A DNA stretch of 16,000 bases from Thalassotalea euphylliae (GTDB lineage: Bacteria > Pseudomonadota > Gammaproteobacteria > Enterobacterales > Alteromonadaceae): positions 944,698 through 960,697 of the forward strand of contig NZ_QUOU01000001.1 of NCBI RefSeq assembly GCF_003390335.1, given 5' to 3'. The notes below the pieces were generated by a model, which was not told the origin of the DNA, ran no database searches, and saw only the letters and a list, made by a program, of their open reading frames with translations. Shown here piece by piece: positions 8,474 to 13,321 of this stretch. The translations under genes and the position numbers were made by a program. How positions within the stretch are numbered: position 1 is the first letter of the stretch; every line of letters begins with the position of its first letter.

Positions 8474-8504
8474 AAAAAAACCAGCTTATTAACGCTGGTT
8501 TTTT
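8474..8504. terminator. bidirectional rho-independent terminator between convergent rpoS and cytochrome b genes
   Basis: AAAAAAACCAGC-ttattaac-GCTGGTTTTTT. The CCAGC/GCTGG stem (8481-8485 / 8494-8498) is extended by A:T pairs, with an A-tract on the left and a T-tract on the right. It therefore reads as hairpin plus U-tract on both strands. Confidence 0.7.
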
Positions 8505-8597
8505 CGCTATTGGTTTACTGTGTTCTCTTTACGGTACTGACTATGCAGTGTTTACCTTGCAGTATACGGCGCGCCGCAAAATTTTTTTAGACTGAAC

Positions 8598-9248
8598 TTA
8601 ATAGCTCGCTTCGCCAAGCCACAAATAGCCAAAGAGCAGGGCAAGTACTAACCACAATAACAGCGGAATAATACTTGAACGAAACACTAGAGGTGTTGCG
8701 TGCTGTACATGGGTAAAGCCCGTAATGATAGTCTTAATGACATTATCGCCGCGCCAGCTATGGATAAGTGCTGCGACAATATGTATTGCGATTAGTACCA
8801 GTAAAACATCAAAATTTTCGTTATGTAAGCTATCTAGCGACTCAGCAAGTGAATCGCTGACGGTATAAAGCAGTGGTCCTTCCGCCAGCACGTCATCAGT
8901 TGCAAACAAGCCAGTGATAAGTTGTACACCTAAGCTCAGTAGCAGGGCGATAATCATATACGCCGCTAACGGATTGTGCCCAGGAAATGCTTGATGCGGT
9001 CTCTTTAACCAGCCTAAGGCTGTTTTAGGTGATGCTACAAAGTAGCTAAATCTGGCACTTTGGCTACCCAGTACGCCCCAAAATAATCGGCTGATCCAAA
9101 GTGCAAGCATAGTGTAGCCACACAGAAAGTGCAGTTCGAAATCCCCTTGCTCACCTGAATACCAAAGTAAAGCCAGCAATAGTAGCTGGCTCATATGATA
9201 AATACGGGTGAAGTTATCCCAAACTTTGAATTTGGTTATCACTGTCAT
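8598..9248 (-). CDS. membrane cytochrome b (cytochrome b/b6-domain, Ni/Fe-hydrogenase b-type cytochrome-like family)
   Basis: A 216-aa protein with about four TM helices. The N-terminal segment KVWDNFTRIYHMSQLLLLALLWYSG, then LHFLCGY..L..SRLFWGVLGSQSARFSYFV, PGHNPLAAYMIIALL and IAIHIVAALIHSW follow the typical pattern of bacterial dihaem cytochrome b proteins, with conserved His in TM helices. It starts 26 nt downstream of the b562-like gene, so they form an operon. Confidence 0.78.
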   Translation of the reverse strand: MTVITKFKVWDNFTRIYHMSQLLLLALLWYSGEQGDFELHFLCGYTMLALWISRLFWGVLGSQSARFSYFVASPKTALGWLKRPHQAFPGHNPLAAYMIIALLLSLGVQLITGLFATDDVLAEGPLLYTVSDSLAESLDSLHNENFDVLLVLIAIHIVAALIHSWRGDNVIKTIITGFTHVQHATPLVFRSSIIPLLLWLVLALLFGYLWLGEASY

Positions 9249-9274
9249 TGAACAATTTAACTCACTAGCTTGGG

Positions 9275-9706
9275 CTAATCGTCACAATCCATTTTAAATG
9301 CTTTGTGACCTTTTTTACTGGCCTTGCCAATTTTACCTAAGGCAGCTTTAATCGCTGGTAAATCTTGTGCTGAAGCTAGCTCAGTTACCGCCGACTTTAA
9401 ATACTCCATGCCTTTTTGGTATTTTTTGAAATCAGCTTGCTGCTCTGCTGACAGACTTTTTTGATCGCTAATCGCTAAAGGCACTAGATCAGTTGACTGG
9501 TTTACGGCGGTTAGCAAATTGTTTGCAATGTTTGATACTTCACCAATATTGCCTGACTTTACTGCTTTTTTCACAGCCTTCATGCTGTCTTTCATATCGC
9601 CCATTAATTCAGCCAGCTCGGTTTTACCGCACATCGGATGACTCGCAAAACTCGGCGTGGAAAATGCAAGTGCCGATAGCATAACAGGTACAATCAATTT
9701 TTTCAT
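9275..9706 (-). CDS. periplasmic cytochrome b562-family protein (four-helix bundle haem protein)
   Basis: Sec signal peptide MKKLIVPVMLSALAFSTPSFA. The mature part aligns by eye with E. coli CybC: ELAELMGDMKDSMKAVKKA vs DLEDNMETLNDNLKVIEKA (Met7 haem ligand conserved), EQQADFKKYQKGMEYL vs DSPEMKDFRHGFDIL, and KASKKGHKAFK vs TTRNAYHKKYR (His102 ligand conserved). Confidence 0.68.
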   Translation of the reverse strand: MKKLIVPVMLSALAFSTPSFASHPMCGKTELAELMGDMKDSMKAVKKAVKSGNIGEVSNIANNLLTAVNQSTDLVPLAISDQKSLSAEQQADFKKYQKGMEYLKSAVTELASAQDLPAIKAALGKIGKASKKGHKAFKMDCDD

Positions 9707-9949
9707 ATTTAGCCCTTTGATATGATGAGAAAGTGATTAGAAAATTACTATTATACCAATTGAAATAAGTACTTAATCATTCAGCGAGAATTAAAAGGCT
9801 TAGTGGCACAGGTTATATGCTCCATGCATAACCTAAGTACCTACATCCATGTAGGCAAGGCATTGATTGCAGAGAATGGTTATTCTCCTTTTTGCATGCA
9901 AAGCAAAATTAATAACGCAGCATATAAGCCTTTTAAACTCGCCCTTTGG

Positions 9950-10047
9950 GAGCGTGTCAGCGTCGCGATAACGGCGCCAAATTGATGAGATGTAGAATAA
10001 CTATATCAACAAAAATTTGGCTTGTTCTCCCACCGCTGACAGCGCTC
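9950..10047. repeat. 98-bp imperfect inverted repeat (long hairpin) in the intergenic region
   Basis: The outer arms GAGCGTGTCAGCG (9950-9962) and CGCTGACAGCGCTC (10034-10047) pair over 13 bp with one bulged base. The inner arms GCCAAATT (9976-9983) and AATTTGGC (10014-10021) pair over 8 bp. A partly complementary 12/12-nt internal loop separates them, and the apical loop is an AT-rich 30 nt. No U-tract follows on either strand. Confidence 0.5.
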
Positions 10048-10429
10048 TGAATTGCTCAATTAATTAATTCAATTGGTATAAGTCCGTAAGATACTAAAAA
10101 GCGACGAGCTTGTAAGTAAATAAATAATGCGATGTAAATCGCGAGTCTGTATTTATCGTGTTGTCATGAAACTGTACTAATCGTGAAATATTAGACTTTA
10201 ATACTGTTTCACTGAGCTTGCACTCATCGGTAAATCATCTCTGGTGTAACTGTCTGCAACGGCCTAAATACCTCAAGTTGCTGGATTTCTGTCATCTGTC
10301 TGTAACTTTTCGTCAATAAAAAGTACATATTTCCAAAACATTTCTGTCATTTTTCACTCGTAGCATTAGCCGCAATTCTAATTAAAACATGCAAATGTAA
10401 ACACTAATTTCTGCGGAGCAGGTAACAAA

Positions 10430-13162
10430 ATGCAATTAACAAACCTATTTAAAATAAGTGCAGTTTCAGCTGCCTTGGTACTAGCCGGTTGTGGCGGTGA
10501 TATTGAACTTTCTTCAAATGTTGATAACTCAGTAGGTGACACTAACATCACCAACCCAGCACCAACTAACCCTGACACTGGTGTTGATTTACCGGGTATC
10601 CCTTCTTCTTCATTATCAGCTGAAGTAAGTGCAGCAGTAGGTTTTGACGTTCAAGTACAAGTGATTGATGGTCAAGTGTCTGAAAATACGACACTAGCTA
10701 AATCAGACGGCAGCAAGCCAGTATTTTACGCCATTAGTGGTGCGTTAGAAGTTGAAGCAGGCGCAACCTTAACGATTGAAGAAGGTACAGTATTATTTGG
10801 CCAATCAGGTAATGATTACGTTGTCGTTCATCGTGATGCACAAATCATGGCGGAAGGTACGCGCCAAGAGCCGATTATCTTCACTTCTTTACAAGATGTT
10901 AAAGGTGAAGAAGCTACTGCTGGCCAATGGGGCGGTATTGTTATTCTAGGTAATGCGCCATCTAACAAGTGTCCTTCAGACGGTTCTGACTGTGCTCTGC
11001 AAGTTGAAGGTGTTGCTGAGGGTGCAGTATTTGGTGGTACTGACTGGGAAGATAATTCAGGTGTACTTAAGTACGTTGTTGTTAAGTTCGCTGGTTTTGA
11101 AATTGCACCTGATAACGAGCTAAATGGTGTGACATTCGGTGGTGTTGGTTCAGGTACTACCGTTGATTTCTTACAAGTTCACGCGAATGCAGATGACGGT
11201 GTTGAGTTCTTCGGTGGTGCGGTAGATGTTAAACACTTAGTGTTAACCGGTAACCGCGACGACAGCATCGACTGGGATAACGGTTTCCGTGGTCGCATGC
11301 AGCACATTTTCGTACAGCACGCAGCGAATGCAGGCGAAGCTAACCGCGCAATCGAAGCAGATAACGACGGTTCAACGCCAGACAAAGAGCCAATGTCTAA
11401 CCCAACTATTGCTAACATGACAATTATGGGTAACAACTTCGACACGGCTGATAAAGATTCTGAAGGTATCTACTTACGCGAAGGTACTTCAGCAAAAATT
11501 TACAACGCAGTAGTAACAGGCCCGTCTGAGATGGGTGAGTGTTTAGAATTTGAAGCAGGTCAAACTGTGACTAATGCCGAGTCTGGTGCCATTGTCATGC
11601 AAAACAGCACCATGGCATGTACTAACGGCGAAAACTTCAAAAACGCAGGTGATTTTGATCTAGCTGCTTGGTTTACTGCGGAGCCTTCAAACGCTGTAAG
11701 TTCATCAATTTTAGTTGATGAAAACGGTGTACCTAGTGCGCAGTCTCCGCTATTGGGTGCAGGTCAAGATCCAGCGGCAATTGATACTTGGTTTGATTCA
11801 ACCGATTACCAAGGTGCTTTCGACGGTACTAACGACTGGCGTCAAGGTTGGGCATTCGGCTTCGGTGGTGGTGTTATTACTGCACCAGCTGAGCAAGAAG
11901 GTTGTCCTACAGGTACTACGGCGATTGCACCGGTTGCAGGTAACACAACCTGTGAAATTTCAGGCACTATCACTTCTGACTTAACGCTAACGTCTGGCAA
12001 CTTATACGCATTAGACGGCCCGGTATTCGTGGGCAACGACAAAGCTGATTCAGCAACTTTAACAATTGAAGCTGGTACAACCGTTTTTGGCCGCTCTGGT
12101 GGTGACTACATTGTGGTTAGCCGTGATTCAAAAATTGAAGCACTAGGCTCAGCAGCAAATCCAATTACCTTTACTTCTAGCCAAGACGTTAATGGCGAAG
12201 CGACTGGCTCTGGCCAATGGGGCGGTATGGTTATCTTGGGTAACGCGCCTTCAAACAAGTGTCCATCTGACGGCTCTGACTGTGCACTGCAAGTAGAAGG
12301 TGTCGAAGAAGGTGCTGTATTCGGTGGTGCTGATACTACTGAGAACTGGGAAGATAACTCAGGTACCTTACGCTACGTTGTAGTTAAGCACGCTGGTTTT
12401 GAAATCGCACCAGATAACGAGTTAAACGGTATTACCTTCGGCGGTGTAGGTTCAGGTACAACCGTTGAGTACATCCAAGTACACGAAAATGCAGATGACG
12501 GTGTTGAATTCTTCGGTGGTGCAGTTAACGCGAAATACGTGGTACTAACATCAAACAAAGATGACTCAGTTGACTGGGACAACGGTTACCGCGGTAACAT
12601 GCAGTACGTTCTTGTTAAGCACGATGAAAACGGCGGCGAAGCTAACCGTGCAATCGAAGCTGACAACGATGGTTCAAACCCAAGCAAGCAACCTCAGTCA
12701 AATCCAACGATTGCTAACATGACCATTATTGGTAACAGCTTTGATACTGCTGACAAAGACTCTGAAGGTATTTACTTACGTGAAGGTACTCGCGCTCAAC
12801 TTCACAACTTTGTTGTCACTAACGCAGCAGGTGAGTGTTTAGAGCTAGAAGCAGGTACAACGGTTGACCAAGCAATCGCTGGCGACACAGTAATTACTAA
12901 CTCAGTATTTGCTTGTAGCGAAAACTTCAAGAGCCAAGACAGCTCATCAGGTGCATTTGACCTAATGGATTGGGTATTAAATGTTAACGCTGATAACAGC
13001 ACAGAAGCTGGCGTAGCAGACGTTGTTAACGGTATCTACACTATCGACACAACCACACCATACAGCTTCGGTTCACACCCGTTCTTCGACAACGCTAACC
13101 ACATCGGCGCGGTATCAGAAGACAACGATTGGACTGCAGGATGGACTGTTGGTCTAGAGTAA
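10430..13162 (+). CDS. outer-membrane lipoprotein of unknown function, two tandem beta-helix-like modules (910 aa)
   Basis: Signal peptide with lipobox LAGC (nt 10481-10492, Cys21, Gly at +2). A ~50-aa Pro/Thr/Asn/Ser-rich tether follows. After it come two homologous ~400-aa modules with ~22-residue periodic motifs: GQWGG.VILGN, NELNG.TFGGVGSGTT, NADDGVEFFGGAV, DDS.DWDNG.RG and EADNDGS. A GGAG Shine-Dalgarno lies about 10 nt upstream. I cannot name a family from memory. Confidence 0.85.
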   Translation: MQLTNLFKISAVSAALVLAGCGGDIELSSNVDNSVGDTNITNPAPTNPDTGVDLPGIPSSSLSAEVSAAVGFDVQVQVIDGQVSENTTLAKSDGSKPVFYAISGALEVEAGATLTIEEGTVLFGQSGNDYVVVHRDAQIMAEGTRQEPIIFTSLQDVKGEEATAGQWGGIVILGNAPSNKCPSDGSDCALQVEGVAEGAVFGGTDWEDNSGVLKYVVVKFAGFEIAPDNELNGVTFGGVGSGTTVDFLQVHANADDGVEFFGGAVDVKHLVLTGNRDDSIDWDNGFRGRMQHIFVQHAANAGEANRAIEADNDGSTPDKEPMSNPTIANMTIMGNNFDTADKDSEGIYLREGTSAKIYNAVVTGPSEMGECLEFEAGQTVTNAESGAIVMQNSTMACTNGENFKNAGDFDLAAWFTAEPSNAVSSSILVDENGVPSAQSPLLGAGQDPAAIDTWFDSTDYQGAFDGTNDWRQGWAFGFGGGVITAPAEQEGCPTGTTAIAPVAGNTTCEISGTITSDLTLTSGNLYALDGPVFVGNDKADSATLTIEAGTTVFGRSGGDYIVVSRDSKIEALGSAANPITFTSSQDVNGEATGSGQWGGMVILGNAPSNKCPSDGSDCALQVEGVEEGAVFGGADTTENWEDNSGTLRYVVVKHAGFEIAPDNELNGITFGGVGSGTTVEYIQVHENADDGVEFFGGAVNAKYVVLTSNKDDSVDWDNGYRGNMQYVLVKHDENGGEANRAIEADNDGSNPSKQPQSNPTIANMTIIGNSFDTADKDSEGIYLREGTRAQLHNFVVTNAAGECLELEAGTTVDQAIAGDTVITNSVFACSENFKSQDSSSGAFDLMDWVLNVNADNSTEAGVADVVNGIYTIDTTTPYSFGSHPFFDNANHIGAVSEDNDWTAGWTVGLE
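10655..11863 (+). repeat. intragenic module copy 1 (aa ~76-478 of the lipoprotein)
   Basis: It starts VQVIDGQVSENTTL and ends DYQGAFDGTNDWRQGWAFGF. It is collinear with copy 2 at an offset of 430-431 aa (GQWGG at nt 10922 vs 12212, a 1290-nt offset). Confidence 0.85.
11951..13159 (+). repeat. intragenic module copy 2 (aa 508-910 of the lipoprotein)
   Basis: It starts CEISGTITSDLTL and ends NHIGAVSEDNDWTAGWTVGLE. The core (GQWGGMVILGNAPSNKCPSDGSDCALQVEGV...DTADKDSEGIYLREGT) is mostly identical to copy 1 at the protein level, while many synonymous sites differ. Confidence 0.85.
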
Positions 13163-13205
13163 TCTGAGCCCCATCAATGAATAACGATTTGATGAGATAA
13201 GTGAT

Positions 13206-13234
13206 TGCCGCCAGCGCTCAGTTGGCGGCATTTT
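13206..13234 (+). terminator. rho-independent terminator-like hairpin between the lipoprotein and receptor genes
   Basis: TGCCGCCA (13206-13213) pairs with TGGCGGCA (13223-13230), giving an 8-bp stem with 6 G:C pairs and a 9-nt loop. It is followed by TTTTATCTT and lies 44 nt after the lipoprotein stop. The U-tract is short, so this may be a partial terminator or attenuator. Confidence 0.55.
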
Positions 13235-13321
13235 ATCTTAGCCTGAACTCTCTACTCTCAGTATCCATTTAGCAACTGACCAACAAGCATTAGCAGGTCA
13301 GCCATTCTAAAGAGGTTTGAA

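Noticed and set aside
8567-8576. GC-only 10-bp perfect palindrome CGGCGCGCCG just downstream of the cytochrome b stop, considered as a terminator
   Set aside because: It has no loop and too few pairable bases to form a stable hairpin, and no adjacent U-tract on the - strand. The bidirectional terminator at 8474-8504 is the more plausible stop signal.
9493-9684. 63-aa + strand ORF antisense to the b562-like gene
   Set aside because: It is nested in a CDS with a signal peptide and b562-like ligand pattern.
9803-9985. 60-aa + strand ORF in the long intergenic region
   Set aside because: It has no Shine-Dalgarno and a GTG start, and its composition does not look protein-like. Its 3' end runs into the left arm of the 98-bp hairpin. 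I treat it as non-coding unless translation data say otherwise.
10100-10160. Fur box or other iron-regulation signal upstream of the lipoprotein/receptor genes (also checked at 13163-13321)
   Set aside because: The best by-eye match (around AATAATGCGATGTAAATCG) shares only about half the positions of the 19-bp Fur consensus GATAATGATAATCATTATC. That is not enough to claim iron regulation.
10161-10189. Sigma-70 promoter TTGTCA-N17-TGAAAT for the lipoprotein gene
   Set aside because: The -10 hexamer lacks the conserved A at position 2. Several equally weak alternatives exist in this AT-rich region, so it cannot be supported without TSS data.
10378-10578. 66-aa - strand ORF across the lipoprotein gene start
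   Set aside because: It is antisense to the signal peptide and lipobox region of a well-supported CDS.
11179-13002. ORFs 11179-11445 (-), 11715-11984 (+), 11842-12042 (-), 12373-12582 (-) and 12802-13002 (-) inside the lipoprotein gene
   Set aside because: All are nested. The paired antisense ORFs at equivalent positions of the two modules simply reflect the internal duplication.
10655-13159. Internal duplication as an assembly artefact or a recently inserted repeat or mobile sequence
   Set aside because: The copies are in frame within one ORF and joined by a unique linker. They have diverged at many synonymous sites and by small indels. Collapsed or duplicated assemblies and recent insertions would give near-identical DNA.
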